Assembly (NCBI GenBank): GCA_016712535.1
Contig: JADJQW010000002.1
Coordinates: 520,254 to 584,253 of the forward strand
Source: Flavobacteriales bacterium
GTDB lineage: Bacteria; Bacteroidota; Bacteroidia; Flavobacteriales_F; PHOS-HE28
Length of the DNA stretch: 64,000 nucleotides
Direction: 5' to 3'
Numbering within the stretch: position 1 is the first letter of the stretch; every line of letters starts with the position of its first letter. A program made the position numbers and the translations under genes. The notes beneath the pieces are model-generated. The model was not told the DNA's origin. It saw only the letters and a list, made by a program, of their open reading frames with translations, and ran no database searches. Shown in pieces: positions 19,630-30,206 of the stretch.

Positions 19630-22437
19630 ATGGACAAGCTTTCCTACCTGAGCAACGTCGATAGCGCCTGGCTCGACGATCTCTACCAGAATTACCTGAA
19701 GGACCCCGCCAGCGTCGAGACCGGCTGGGCGCGCTTCTTCGAAGGATTCGAGTTCGCCCGCGCCTTGGAGGGCGGCAGCATCGAAGGAGGGGCTCCAGCA
19801 GCCCCTGCTCCCGGCGGCAATGACCGCTTCGAGAAGGAGTTCCGAGTCATCGAGCTCATCAACGCCTATCGGCAGCGGGGACACCTCTTCACCAAGACCA
19901 ATCCGGTCCGCGACCGCCGCACGTATTCGCCCACGCTCGATATCGAGCACTTCGGGCTGTCTTCCGCCGATCTCGACACCGTGTTCAGCGCCGGCAATGA
20001 GGTGGGCATCGGCCCGGCCAGGCTCCGTGACATCATCGACCTGCTCAAGCAGACCTATTGCCAGAGCGTGGGCGCCGAGTTCAAGTTCATCCGCAACCCG
20101 GAGAAGGTGCGGTGGCTGCAGCAGCGCATGGAGGGCGTGCGGAACACGCCGGATTTCACCATCGAGCAGAAGAAGGAGATCCTCGAGAAGCTCAACGAGG
20201 CCGTCGTCTTCGAGCGATTCCTGGGCAAGAAGTTCATCGGCCAGAAGCGCTTCAGCATCGAGGGCGCAGAGGCCTTGATCCCTGCGCTCGACACCGTGAT
20301 CGAGCATGGCGCCGAGCTGGGCATCACCGAGTACGTGATCGGCATGGCGCACCGCGGCCGCCTCAACGTGCTGGCCAACACCCTGCGCAAGAGCTACGAC
20401 CAGATCTTCTCCGAGTTCGAGGGCAAGGATTATGATGATGAGCTGGTGGAGGGCGACGTGAAGTACCACATGGGCTACAGCAGCGTGCTGAAGACCAATA
20501 CCGGCAAGGAGGTGCGCCTGACCTTGGCGCCGAACCCCAGCCACCTGGAGACGGTGGGCCCCATCATGCAAGGCATCTCGCGCGCCATCATCGAGCACGA
20601 CGACGATTTCGCCAAGGGCATCACCGCGCCGATCATCATCCATGGCGATGCCGCGGTAGCCGGGCAGGGCGTGGTGTATGAAGTGGTGCAGATGGCGGGC
20701 CTCAAGGCCTACGAGGTGGGCGGCACCATCCACATCGTGGTGAACAACCAGGTGGGCTTCACCACCAACTACATCGATGCGCGCACCAGCACCTATTGCA
20801 CCGATGTGGCCAAGGTGACCCAATGCCCGGTGTTCCACGTGAACGGCGATGATGCCGAGGCCGTGGCCTACACCATGAAGCTGGCCATGGATTACCGCCA
20901 GAAGTACGGCACCGATATCTGGGTGGACATCCTCTGCTACCGCAAGCACGGCCACAACGAGGGCGATGAGCCCAAGTTCACCCAGCCGCTGCTCTACAAG
21001 AAGATCCAGGAGCACCCCGATCCGCGGAAGATCTACATCGATAAGCTCAAGAGCAGCGGCGTCAACGAAGCGGAAGAGCTCGCTGCCGAGATGGAGGCCT
21101 CCTTCACCGGCATGCTGAATGCGCGCCTCGACGAAGCGAAGCAGGTGCGCGTGGGCAAGATCACCAACTTCCTCGAGGAGCGCTGGAAGGGATTCAAGCG
21201 CGCCGATGCGAAGGATTTCTTGCGCTCGCCCGAGACAGGCGTGCCGATGGAGACGCTCCAGCTGATCGGCGACAAGCTCAGCGTGCTGCACCCCGAAGGC
21301 AAGAAGTTCTTCAGCAAGCTGGAGAAGATCCTCGGCGACCGCAAGAAGATGATGGAGGCCGGCGTGATCGATTGGAGCATGGGCGAGCTGCTCGCTTACG
21401 GATCGCTGCTCCTGGAAGGCCACCCGGTGCGCATGACCGGCCAGGATGTTGAGCGCGGAACCTTCAGCCACCGCCATGCCGTGGTGAAGGTGGAGGACAG
21501 CGAGGAGGAATTCATCCACCTCAAGCACATCCGCGAGGGCCAAGCGCTGCTCCAGATCTACAATTCACTGCTGAGCGAGTACGCCGTCCTCGGCTTCGAG
21601 TTCGGCTATGCGTTGGCCATGCCCGATACGCTCACCATTTGGGAGGCGCAGTTCGGCGATTTCGTGAACGGCGCGCAGATCGTGCTGGATCAGTACCTCT
21701 GCTGCGCGGAAGAGAAATGGGGCACGCAGAACGGCGTGGTGCTCCTGTTGCCCCACGGTTATGAGGGCCAGGGCGCCGAGCACAGCAGTGCACGCATGGA
21801 GCGCTTCCTTCAGGGCTGCGCGGATGAGAACATGGTGGTCGTGAACTGCACCACGCCCGCCAACTTCTTCCATGTCCTGCGCCGCCAGTTGAAGTGGGAG
21901 TTCCGCAAGCCATTGGTGGTCTTCAGCCCCAAGAGCCTGTTGCGCCACCCGAAGTGCGTGAGCAAGCTGGAGGTCCTGACGAAGGGCTCGTTCCAGGAGC
22001 TGATCGACGATGACTCGGCCGATGCCGAGCAGGTGCGCACGGTGATCTTCACGCAGGGCAAGATCCACTACGAGCTCTCCGCCCACCGCGAAGAGAAGGG
22101 CATCGCCGGTACCGCGCTCGTGCGCATCGAGCAGCTGCATCCGCTGCCTGCCGACCAGATGCGCGCAGTGATCAAGAAGTACGCGAAGGCGGAGCGATGC
22201 CTCTGGGTGCAAGAGGAGCCGAAGAACATGGGCGCTTGGAGCCACATCGCCATGCACTTCCCCGAAATCAAGTGGGAGGTGATCGCCAGGCCCGCCAGCG
22301 GCGCCCCAGCCACCGGCAGCAGCAAGCGCAGCGCGAAGCAACAGGCCGAGATCATCGAGAAGGCGTTCGCACAGGTCGCACCCAAGCCTGCGGCAACCAA
22401 GCCGAAGAAGAGATCGCCAGCAAAGGCCAAAGCCTGA
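19630..22437 (+). CDS. sucA: 2-oxoglutarate dehydrogenase E1 component
   Basis: 935 aa; MDKLSYLSNVDSAWLDDLYQNYLKDP... and the ThDP-binding core (...RKHGHNEGDEP...). Collinear with SucA. Confidence 0.9.
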   Translation: MDKLSYLSNVDSAWLDDLYQNYLKDPASVETGWARFFEGFEFARALEGGSIEGGAPAAPAPGGNDRFEKEFRVIELINAYRQRGHLFTKTNPVRDRRTYSPTLDIEHFGLSSADLDTVFSAGNEVGIGPARLRDIIDLLKQTYCQSVGAEFKFIRNPEKVRWLQQRMEGVRNTPDFTIEQKKEILEKLNEAVVFERFLGKKFIGQKRFSIEGAEALIPALDTVIEHGAELGITEYVIGMAHRGRLNVLANTLRKSYDQIFSEFEGKDYDDELVEGDVKYHMGYSSVLKTNTGKEVRLTLAPNPSHLETVGPIMQGISRAIIEHDDDFAKGITAPIIIHGDAAVAGQGVVYEVVQMAGLKAYEVGGTIHIVVNNQVGFTTNYIDARTSTYCTDVAKVTQCPVFHVNGDDAEAVAYTMKLAMDYRQKYGTDIWVDILCYRKHGHNEGDEPKFTQPLLYKKIQEHPDPRKIYIDKLKSSGVNEAEELAAEMEASFTGMLNARLDEAKQVRVGKITNFLEERWKGFKRADAKDFLRSPETGVPMETLQLIGDKLSVLHPEGKKFFSKLEKILGDRKKMMEAGVIDWSMGELLAYGSLLLEGHPVRMTGQDVERGTFSHRHAVVKVEDSEEEFIHLKHIREGQALLQIYNSLLSEYAVLGFEFGYALAMPDTLTIWEAQFGDFVNGAQIVLDQYLCCAEEKWGTQNGVVLLLPHGYEGQGAEHSSARMERFLQGCADENMVVVNCTTPANFFHVLRRQLKWEFRKPLVVFSPKSLLRHPKCVSKLEVLTKGSFQELIDDDSADAEQVRTVIFTQGKIHYELSAHREEKGIAGTALVRIEQLHPLPADQMRAVIKKYAKAERCLWVQEEPKNMGAWSHIAMHFPEIKWEVIARPASGAPATGSSKRSAKQQAEIIEKAFAQVAPKPAATKPKKRSPAKAKA

Positions 22438-22557
22438 AAAGCCGCAAGGCCCAAGCCTCAAGCCCCAAGCATCAAGTGGCCCGAAACCGATTCGCCCGAA
22501 CCAATTGATGCTTGATACTTGGGCCTTGCGGCTTGAAGCTTCAACAACTGAAACATC

Positions 22558-23793
22558 ATGGCACTAGTCGAGATCAAAGTCCCCAGCCCCGGAGAGAGCA
22601 TCAGCGAAGTGCGCATCGCGCGCTGGAACGTGAAGGATGGCGATGTGGTGAACAAGGACCAGGTGCTGGGCGAGATCGACAGCGACAAGGCCACTTTGGA
22701 AGTGATCGCTGAGGAGGCCGGGAAGGTGAAGCTCCTCGCTGCCGCGGATGCTGAAGTGAAGGTGGGCGATGTGGTGGTGACGATCGATACGAGCGTGAAG
22801 CCGGAGCCGAAGGCGTTGCCGGTGAAGGAGGTGAAGGAAGAGAAGGAGGCGAAGAAGGCCTTGCCAGCAGCGGTGCCCGCGGCTGCCGGATCCGCAGCGC
22901 ACGCCACACCGGTCGCGCGAGCGATGCTCGATGAGAAGGGCGTGAGCGCCGATAAAGTGAAAGGCAGCGGACCCAATGGCCGGATCACCAAGAGCGATGT
23001 AGCCGCTTACGTGGCCGGCGGCGTGAATGCCGATGCCATCGCGCTGAACGGATGGGGCGGATCGCGCAACCAGAACCGCCAGAAGATGACCACCCTGCGC
23101 AAGAAGGTGGCCGAGCGCTTGGTGGCCGTGAAGAACCAGACCGCCATGCTCACCACCTTCAACGAAGTGGACATGAGCGCCGTTATGGCCTTGCGTGACA
23201 AGTACAAGGACAAGTTCAAGGAAGCGCACGGCGTGAACCTGGGCTTCATGAGCTTCTTCACCAAAGCAGTCACCGAGGCACTGCGCCTGTTCCCGCAGGT
23301 GAATGGCCAGATCGATGGCGATGAGCTGGTGATGCACGACTATGCCGACATCGGCATCGCGGTGAGCTCACCGAAGGGATTGATGGTGCCCGTGCTGCGC
23401 AACGCGGAGAAGCTGAGCCTTGCTGGGATCGAGGCGGGCATCAAGGCGCTGGCGGTGAAGGCACGTGACGGCAAGCTCAGCATCGATGAGATGACCGGCG
23501 GCACCTTCACCATCACCAACGGCGGCGTCTTCGGCAGCATGCTCAGCACGCCCATCCTCAACCCGCCGCAGAGCGCCATCCTGGGCATGCACAACATCGT
23601 GGAGCGCCCCGTGGCCGTGAACGGCCAGGTCGTCATCCGCCCCATCATGTACCTGGCGCTGAGCTATGATCACCGCATCATCGACGGCAAGGAGAGCGTG
23701 AGCTTCCTGATGGCCGTGAAGCAGATGATCGAGGACCCCGATAAGATGGTCTTCGGGAACCGCGAGCCGGGGGAGGTCCTGCTGGGGCTGTAG
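22558..23793 (+). CDS. sucB: 2-oxoglutarate dehydrogenase E2 (dihydrolipoyllysine-residue succinyltransferase)
   Basis: N-terminal lipoyl domain ([11 protein letters not shown]), an Ala/Pro linker and the catalytic domain ending [14 protein letters not shown]. Confidence 0.9.
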   Translation: MALVEIKVPSPGESISEVRIARWNVKDGDVVNKDQVLGEIDSDKATLEVIAEEAGKVKLLAAADAEVKVGDVVVTIDTSVKPEPKALPVKEVKEEKEAKKALPAAVPAAAGSAAHATPVARAMLDEKGVSADKVKGSGPNGRITKSDVAAYVAGGVNADAIALNGWGGSRNQNRQKMTTLRKKVAERLVAVKNQTAMLTTFNEVDMSAVMALRDKYKDKFKEAHGVNLGFMSFFTKAVTEALRLFPQVNGQIDGDELVMHDYADIGIAVSSPKGLMVPVLRNAEKLSLAGIEAGIKALAVKARDGKLSIDEMTGGTFTITNGGVFGSMLSTPILNPPQSAILGMHNIVERPVAVNGQVVIRPIMYLALSYDHRIIDGKESVSFLMAVKQMIEDPDKMVFGNREPGEVLLGL

Positions 23794-23991
23794 TCAACCA
23801 GGACTCCCGCCGGTGGGCGGAGACACCACGGTCCATGATCACGGGACCCAGGTCCGCTTTCCGTTCGGGGGCGCTTTCGAGATGCGCCTTTGAGCCGGCA
23901 GGTCGTGTCCTTGGCGCCTGAAGGACTGGCGAACCGCCTCCGACCGCCCCGTCTATCTTCGCCGCCCTTCGCACAGACCGTTCCCTACCGC

Positions 23992-25873
23992 ATGGACCGC
24001 AACTCGATCATCGGGATCATCCTCATCGTCGCCATCCTCTTCGGCTACACCCTCTGGACCATGCCGACCGAGGAGGAGCGGGCGGCCTTCCAGCGCCGAG
24101 CCGACAGCCTGGCGATCGTGGAGGCCGATCAGCGCGAGCAGGAGGCCGCCAAGAAGCTGATCGCCGATTCCATGCGGCAGGGCGCCCAAACGGTTGTGTT
24201 GGATACCACGGTCTCGCCTGCGGATCTCGCCTTGGCCGATAGTCTCCTGGAAGCGAACCTGTCCAAGCGCTTCGGGCCATTCGCTCCTGCTGCGGAAGGC
24301 AGGGCCGAGGAGGTCTCCATCGGCAATGAGCGCTTGCAGGTGAGCTTCAGCACCCAAGGCGCGCGGCCAACCCTGATGCTGCTGAAGGAGTACCGCACTT
24401 ACCGCCAGGCTCCGCTGCTGCTCGCCGATCCCGATTCCGGCGCCTTCTATTTCCGGTTCCTCACCGGCGGTACGGACCTCAGCACTTCCGACCTCTATTT
24501 CTCCGCGGAGAAGATCGGTGAGGATGCCGTTCGGTTCACCGCTCCCACCGCCGATCCGGCCAAGAAGCTGCAGATCACCTATCGTCTCGACAGCACCAGC
24601 TATTTCCTGCACACGAGCCTTGATTTCGTTGGCATGCAGGGGCGAGGTCGACGCGCGGAGCCTGCTCTTCAACTGGGAGCTGACGGGCCTGAGCAACGAG
24701 AAGCACCAGCCCAGCGAGATGCAGAAATGCGGCGTGTACTACAAGTACTTCAACGACGACCGCAACTACCTCAGTGAATCAAGCGCCGAGCAGAAGAAGC
24801 TCGAGGGCCGGACCAACTGGGTGGCCTTCAAGCAGGGCTTCTTCACCGTGGGCATGATCAGCGAAGGCGGCTTCAGCAGCAACGGCAGCCAGATCGCCAT
24901 CAATCCGCTCCTCGCCGAGACGCATACCAAGCACTACAGCGCCAAGCTGCTCTTTGAGAAGGAGCGCGATGCGCAGCCATCGGTGGACATGCGCCTCTAC
25001 CTCGGCCCGAACCATTTCGGCACCCTTCGCCGCACGGAGATCGCGGACTTCCAGAAGATCATCGATCTCGGCTGGGGCATCTTCGGATGGATGAACCAGT
25101 GGCTGGTGATCCCGATCTTCAACTGGCTCGATGGCTGGGGCTGGAACTATGGCATCATCATCCTGGTGCTCACCGTCGTGATCAAGCTCCTGCTGATGCC
25201 GCTCACCTACAAGAACCTGGTGGCGAGCGCCAAGATGCGCGTGCTCAAGCCCGAGATGGACGCCATCAACGAGAAGCACAAGGAGGGCGACGCGCTCAAG
25301 AAGCAGCAGGCCACCATGGAGCTGTACCGCAAGGCCGGCGTGAACCCCGCCAGCGGCTGCGTGCCCATGCTCATCCAGCTGCCCGTGCTCTACGCCATGT
25401 TCCGCTTCTTCCCCGCCAGCATCGAATTGCGGCAGGAGAAGTTCCTCTGGGCCGACGACCTCAGCAGCTACGATAGCATCTTCGAGTGGACCCAGCACAT
25501 CCCCTTGATCAGCGACAGCTACGGCAATCACATCAGCCTCTTCACCCTGCTCATGGCGGCCAGCACCATCGTGTACTCGGTGATCAACCAGAAGCAGATG
25601 CCCAGCCAGCAGAACATGCCGGGCATGAAGATGATGATCTACCTCTTCCCGATCATGATGCTGTTCTTCCTGAACAACTTCAGCGCGGGCCTCAGCTACT
25701 ACTACCTGCTGGCCAACCTGATCAGCATAGCGCAGATGACCGTGCTGAAGAGCTGGTTCGTGGATGAGAACAAGATCCGCGCGCAGCTGGAGCTGAACAT
25801 GCGCACCCCGAAGAAGAAGAGCAAGTGGCAGCAGCGGCTCGATGAGATGCAGAAGCAGCAGCGGCGCAAATGA
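23992..25873 (+). CDS. yidC: Membrane protein insertase YidC (long Bacteroidetes type), interrupted by a +1 frameshift in a GGGG run at ~24639..24642
   Basis: Frame 1 (23992..) encodes the N-terminal TM helix and periplasmic domain up to ...SLDFVGMQG. Frame 2 continues EVDARSLLFNWELTG... through the conserved YidC core (PLTYKNLVASAKMRVLKPEMDAINEKHK...GCVPMLIQLPVLYAMFRFF) to the stop at 25873. Removing one G from GGGG restores one ORF. Confidence 0.75.
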
Positions 25874-25957
25874 GCGGCATCGCTCCATCGGGCCTGCTTG
25901 CTCATCGTGCTGATGACTGAGCTGCGATAAAGGCACGCCATTCGATACGTGAGCACC

Positions 25958-26479
25958 ATGAAGCACCTGATCGCTATTCCCATCGCCGCATTGGCGCTGG
26001 CCTGCAGCACCAACCAGCCCGTTGCTACGGCAGAGCCGGCCGTCGACCAAGAAGCGGCTGCCGCTGCGCCACGGCTCGGCGGCGCTGGCAAGGCCGACAC
26101 CCTGTTCCTCAGTCTGGAGCGAACGCCCTGCTTCGGGCAGTGCAAGGCCTACCGGATCGACCTGTACCGCAGCGGATATGCCACCTACGACGGTCGGGGG
26201 AACGTGGAGAAAATGGGTCGGCACAGTGCGCGCATCGGCGTCGATTCGATGATCACCATGCTGAACCGGGCCGACGAATTGGGGTTCTTCGGCCTGCAAG
26301 CCAAGTACGATGCTGAGGTGACGGACCTGCCCAGCACCGTGCTGCGGATCATCGCCGATGGCCGGGACAAGAAGGTGCTTGGCCGGGTGGGACAGCCCCA
26401 GGCGTTCAAGGCCTTGGTGGCCGAGATCGAAAGCCTCCTCCTGCCGGTGGCCTGGGTGCCGGTTACGCCCGAACCTTAG
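25958..26479 (+). CDS. Hypothetical lipoprotein
   Basis: MKHLIAIPIAALALAC signal peptide with a lipobox-like Cys. No recognised domain. Confidence 0.5.
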   Translation: MKHLIAIPIAALALACSTNQPVATAEPAVDQEAAAAAPRLGGAGKADTLFLSLERTPCFGQCKAYRIDLYRSGYATYDGRGNVEKMGRHSARIGVDSMITMLNRADELGFFGLQAKYDAEVTDLPSTVLRIIADGRDKKVLGRVGQPQAFKALVAEIESLLLPVAWVPVTPEP

Positions 26480-26600
26480 CGCCTATCACCGGCCACGCCG
26501 TTGGTCCCTTAACGGTCCGTCACGCACGGGTCCTCCGGCTACATTTGGCGCCCCTCGGCAGGATGCACCAGCCGGGTGAAGCTGAACCAACCCCTCATTC

Positions 26601-28844
26601 ATGAAGAAGTTCCTTTCACTCCTCGTCGCCGCCCTGGTGGCGATCGCCGCCAACGCCCACGAGGGCATGTGGCTCCTCACCAAGCTCAAGCAGATCAACG
26701 AGGCCGAGATGCAGAAGCTCGGCTTCAAGCTCACTGCCGAGGACATCTACGACATCAACCGCAGCGGTGTGAAGGATGGCGTGGTGCGCCTGGGCCGCGG
26801 ATTCTGCAGCGGCGAGATGGTGAGCGCCGAAGGCCTATTCCTCACCAACCACCACTGCGGCTACGATGCCGTGCAGAGCCTCAGCAGCGTGGAGCACGAC
26901 TACCTCACCGACGGTTTCTGGGCCATGAGCCGCAAGGATGAGTTGCCCGCCGGCTTCAGCGTGAGCTTCCTGCAGCGCATCGACGACGTCACCGGCCAGG
27001 TGCTGGCTGAGCTCAATGACGCCATGACTGAGGAACAGCGTGCCGAGGCGATCCAGGCCGTTGCCACCAAGCTCAAGTCGGTCGTGGGCAAGGAGAACGG
27101 TCTGAGCGCCGATTTCAAGGTCATGTTCGAGGGCAACGAGTTCTACCTCTTCGTGTACAAGACTTACCGCGACGTGCGCCTGGTGGGCACCCCGCCCAGC
27201 GCCATCGGCAAGTTCGGCGGCGATACCGACAACTGGATGTGGCCCCGCCACACGGGCGATTTCAGCATGTTCCGCGTGTACACCGGTCCCGATGGAGAGC
27301 CCGCCGATTTCAATGAGGCCAACATCCCGTTCAAGCCCAAGTGGCACTTCCCCGTGAGCATCGCCGGGGTGAAGGAGGGCGACTTCGCCATGGTGATGGG
27401 CTACCCCGGCACCACCGACCGTTTCCTGAGCAGCCACGGCGTGAAGCTCGCCCTCGACATTGAGCAGCCCAGCCGCGTGAAGATCCGTGGTCAGAAGCTC
27501 GAGCTCATGAAGCAGGACATGGACGCCAGCGACGCCGTGCGCATCCAATACGCCAGCAAGTACGCTCAGGTGAGCAACTACTGGAAGTACTTCATCGGCC
27601 AGCAGCGCGGCCTCAAGCGCCTGCGCGTCCATGACAAGAAGAAGGCGCAAGAGGAATCGCTCATGGCCTGGGTGAGCGCCGATCCGAAGCGAAAGGCGAA
27701 GTACGGCGAGATCATCTCCCTGCTCGAGCGCGGGTACAGCGACCGCGCCAAATTCGAGAAGGCCAGCACCTACATGCAGGAAGCCGCCTTCGGCAGTGAG
27801 CTGATCACGTTGGGCTTCCGTCTGCAGGGCCTCAAGGCGCAATTGGAAACCGACCCCAAGGACGCCGCGAAAGTCGCCGCTGCCGTGGCGCAGGTTCAGG
27901 CGATGACCGCCGATCACTGGAAGGACTACAACGCCCCCACTGACGAGAAGATCACGGCAGCCATGTTCGACCTGATCCGGAACGATGTGGAGCAGGACCT
28001 CCAACCGCAGGTGATGGCCACCATCACCAAGAAGTTCAAGGGCAGCACCTCCGCGTGGTCAAAGGCGATCTTCGCCACGAGCATGCTCGCGGACAAGAAG
28101 CGCCTCGATGCCTTCTTGGCGAAGCCCTCCTTGAAGGCGCTCCAGAAGGACCTCGGTTTCCAAGCCAGCGAGAGCTGCCTGAACCACTGGCGCAATGTGC
28201 TCGGTCCTGCCGTGGGAGCAACGGAGGCCGACACCGAGAAGGGTTACCGCCTGATGGTGGCCGCCATGCGCGAGATGGAGCCGAACAAGAGCTGGTACCC
28301 CAACGCCAACAGCACCATGCGCCTCACCTACGGGCAGGTGGGCAGCTACGTGCCCATGGACGGCGCCTTCTACAAGCACATCACCACCGCCAAGGGCATC
28401 CTGGAGAAGGAGGACCCCACGAATGATGAGTTCATCGTGCCCGCCCGACAGAAGGAGCTGCTATTGAAGAAGGACTACGGCCGTTACGCCGATGAGAACG
28501 GCGAGCTGGTCACCTGCTTCATCAGCAACAACGACATCACCGGCGGCAACAGCGGCAGCCCCGTGATCAACGGCAACGCCGAGCTCATCGGCATCGCCTT
28601 CGATGGCAACTGGGAGGCCATGAGCGGCGACATCGCCTTCGAGCCCGAGCTGCAGCGCACCATCAGCGTCGATATCCGATACGTGCTCTGGTGCATCGAC
28701 AAGCTCGCCGGCGCCGGCCACCTGGTGAACGAGATGACCTTGGTGGAGCGCAAGCCCGTGGTGGAAGAGGTGAAGGCCGAACTGCCTCCGCCGGTTGAAC
28801 CGGTGAAGCCAACTCCCGCGAAGAAGCCGGCGGGGAAGAAGTAG
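26601..28844 (+). CDS. S46-family dipeptidyl-peptidase (DPP7/DPP11-like serine peptidase)
   Basis: Signal peptide followed by the family-defining HEGMWL motif. Catalytic-Ser region GGNSGSPVIN near the C-terminus. ~720-aa mature length is typical of S46. Confidence 0.8.
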   Translation: MKKFLSLLVAALVAIAANAHEGMWLLTKLKQINEAEMQKLGFKLTAEDIYDINRSGVKDGVVRLGRGFCSGEMVSAEGLFLTNHHCGYDAVQSLSSVEHDYLTDGFWAMSRKDELPAGFSVSFLQRIDDVTGQVLAELNDAMTEEQRAEAIQAVATKLKSVVGKENGLSADFKVMFEGNEFYLFVYKTYRDVRLVGTPPSAIGKFGGDTDNWMWPRHTGDFSMFRVYTGPDGEPADFNEANIPFKPKWHFPVSIAGVKEGDFAMVMGYPGTTDRFLSSHGVKLALDIEQPSRVKIRGQKLELMKQDMDASDAVRIQYASKYAQVSNYWKYFIGQQRGLKRLRVHDKKKAQEESLMAWVSADPKRKAKYGEIISLLERGYSDRAKFEKASTYMQEAAFGSELITLGFRLQGLKAQLETDPKDAAKVAAAVAQVQAMTADHWKDYNAPTDEKITAAMFDLIRNDVEQDLQPQVMATITKKFKGSTSAWSKAIFATSMLADKKRLDAFLAKPSLKALQKDLGFQASESCLNHWRNVLGPAVGATEADTEKGYRLMVAAMREMEPNKSWYPNANSTMRLTYGQVGSYVPMDGAFYKHITTAKGILEKEDPTNDEFIVPARQKELLLKKDYGRYADENGELVTCFISNNDITGGNSGSPVINGNAELIGIAFDGNWEAMSGDIAFEPELQRTISVDIRYVLWCIDKLAGAGHLVNEMTLVERKPVVEEVKAELPPPVEPVKPTPAKKPAGKK

Positions 28845-28863
28845 AGCGGCATCACATCGCTTT

Positions 28864-28887
28864 GAGAGGGGGCCTGCGCCCCCTCTC
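28864..28887 (+). terminator. Hairpin (10-bp stem GAGAGGGGGC/GCCCCCTCTC, 4-nt loop) after the S46 peptidase gene
   Basis: Read directly, 20 bp after the stop. The downstream tract is only weakly U-rich. Confidence 0.4.
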
Positions 28888-28910
28888 TTGCGTTCAGCTA
28901 CTTTCACCCC

Positions 28911-30206
28911 ATGCCCGCCCCCAAGCTCCTCGATGCGCTTCCGCAGCTCGTGCGCGAAGGGCTCATCACGGCGGAGCAGGCCGAGCGCATCCGCGCGCGC
29001 TTCGCCAACGATTCTGCACAGGGCACCAGCCGCATGCTGCTCGTGTTCGCCATCCTCGGCAGCGTGCTGGTTGGTCTGGGCATCATGCTCATCGTGGCGC
29101 ACAACTGGGACGATTTCACCCGGCCGGTGCGCACGGTGCTCGCATTCGCGCCGGTGCTGATCGGCCAGGCGCTGGTCTGGCATGCGCTGCGCGCCAAGCC
29201 CGATGTCCGCGCGTGGCGCGAGGGCAGCGCCATCTTCCTCGCCTGCGCGCTCTTCGCCTGCGTGGCGCTCATCAGTCAGATCTACCACATCGAGGGCTCG
29301 CTGCATGGCTACCTGCTCACCTGCGCGCTGCTGATCCTGCCGCTGATCTACCTGCCCGGTTCCTTGATCGTATCGCTCGGCTACATCGCCACGGTCACCT
29401 GGCACGCGGCGGCGTACCACTGGGATGGCCCGGGCCGCATGGCTTTGCCCTGGTCCTCTTTGCTGCTGCTCGCCGCTGCCGTGCCCATGTACTTGCGCGC
29501 GGCTCGGTTGAATGGCGAGCGCATCGGTTTCTGGTGGCTCAGCCTGTTCGCGGCGTTGAGCGTGGGCCTGATCTCGCAATGGTTCTACCGCGATTGGAGC
29601 ATCGTGCATGTATTCGGCGTGCTGGGCATGGCCACGGCCTTCACGCTGGTGCCCTGGCTGCACACGGGCCGCGAGCTGCGCTCCTGGCCGTGGGCCCTCG
29701 TTGGCGGCGCGGCGGTGCTCATCACCTTCTTCGTGCTCAGCTATCGCGACGCATGGGGTTTCCGCTCGGCGGACCGTGATCGGTCCATGGTGGAAACGAG
29801 CGAGGCGATCGTGATCGCCGCAATGACGCTCATCGGCATCGTTGCTTACGTGCTGTCACTCAGGCGGCGCAGGCCATTCGAGCAGTGGCCTTACCCGGAG
29901 GCCATGGGCTTCTTCGCGCTCTGTTATGTCGCTGGCCTGCTGCAACCTTGGCTGGCGCCCTTGCTCGTGAATGCCGCCCTGCTCGCCATGGGCGTGGTCA
30001 CGGTGCGCGCGGGCATCGCGCACGATTCGCTGAAGCGCATGAACCTCGGACTGGCCATCATCGGCCTCACCGTGCTGCTGCGCTTCCTGGATACGGACAT
30101 GAGCTTCGCGCTGCGGGGATTGGCCTTCATCGCCATCGGTGGCGGCTTCTTGTACATGAACCTGCGCATGGTGCGCCAGCGCGACAAGCAGAAGCCTGAC
30201 GCATGA
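28911..30206 (+). CDS. DUF2157-type integral membrane protein (possibly fused with a DUF4401-like region)
   Basis: N-terminal soluble segment (LITAEQAERIRARF) then about 10 predicted TM helices. Sits directly upstream of, and overlaps by 4 bp with, a GDYXXLXY protein. This is the usual partner arrangement. Confidence 0.6.
   Translation: MPAPKLLDALPQLVREGLITAEQAERIRARFANDSAQGTSRMLLVFAILGSVLVGLGIMLIVAHNWDDFTRPVRTVLAFAPVLIGQALVWHALRAKPDVRAWREGSAIFLACALFACVALISQIYHIEGSLHGYLLTCALLILPLIYLPGSLIVSLGYIATVTWHAAAYHWDGPGRMALPWSSLLLLAAAVPMYLRAARLNGERIGFWWLSLFAALSVGLISQWFYRDWSIVHVFGVLGMATAFTLVPWLHTGRELRSWPWALVGGAAVLITFFVLSYRDAWGFRSADRDRSMVETSEAIVIAAMTLIGIVAYVLSLRRRRPFEQWPYPEAMGFFALCYVAGLLQPWLAPLLVNAALLAMGVVTVRAGIAHDSLKRMNLGLAIIGLTVLLRFLDTDMSFALRGLAFIAIGGGFLYMNLRMVRQRDKQKPDA

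Noticed and set aside
19567-21543. 658-aa minus-strand ORF; also 21565..22461 (298 aa, minus)
   Set aside because: Both are antisense to sucA and have no family resemblance. GC-driven artefacts.
23800-23830. Possible hairpin after sucB (CCGCC-GGTG-GGCGG)
   Set aside because: Only a 5-bp stem with imperfect extensions and no U-tract. Too weak to call a terminator.
24779-26299. 506-aa minus-strand ORF
   Set aside because: Antisense to the yidC core and the downstream lipoprotein gene. No start-context or domain support.
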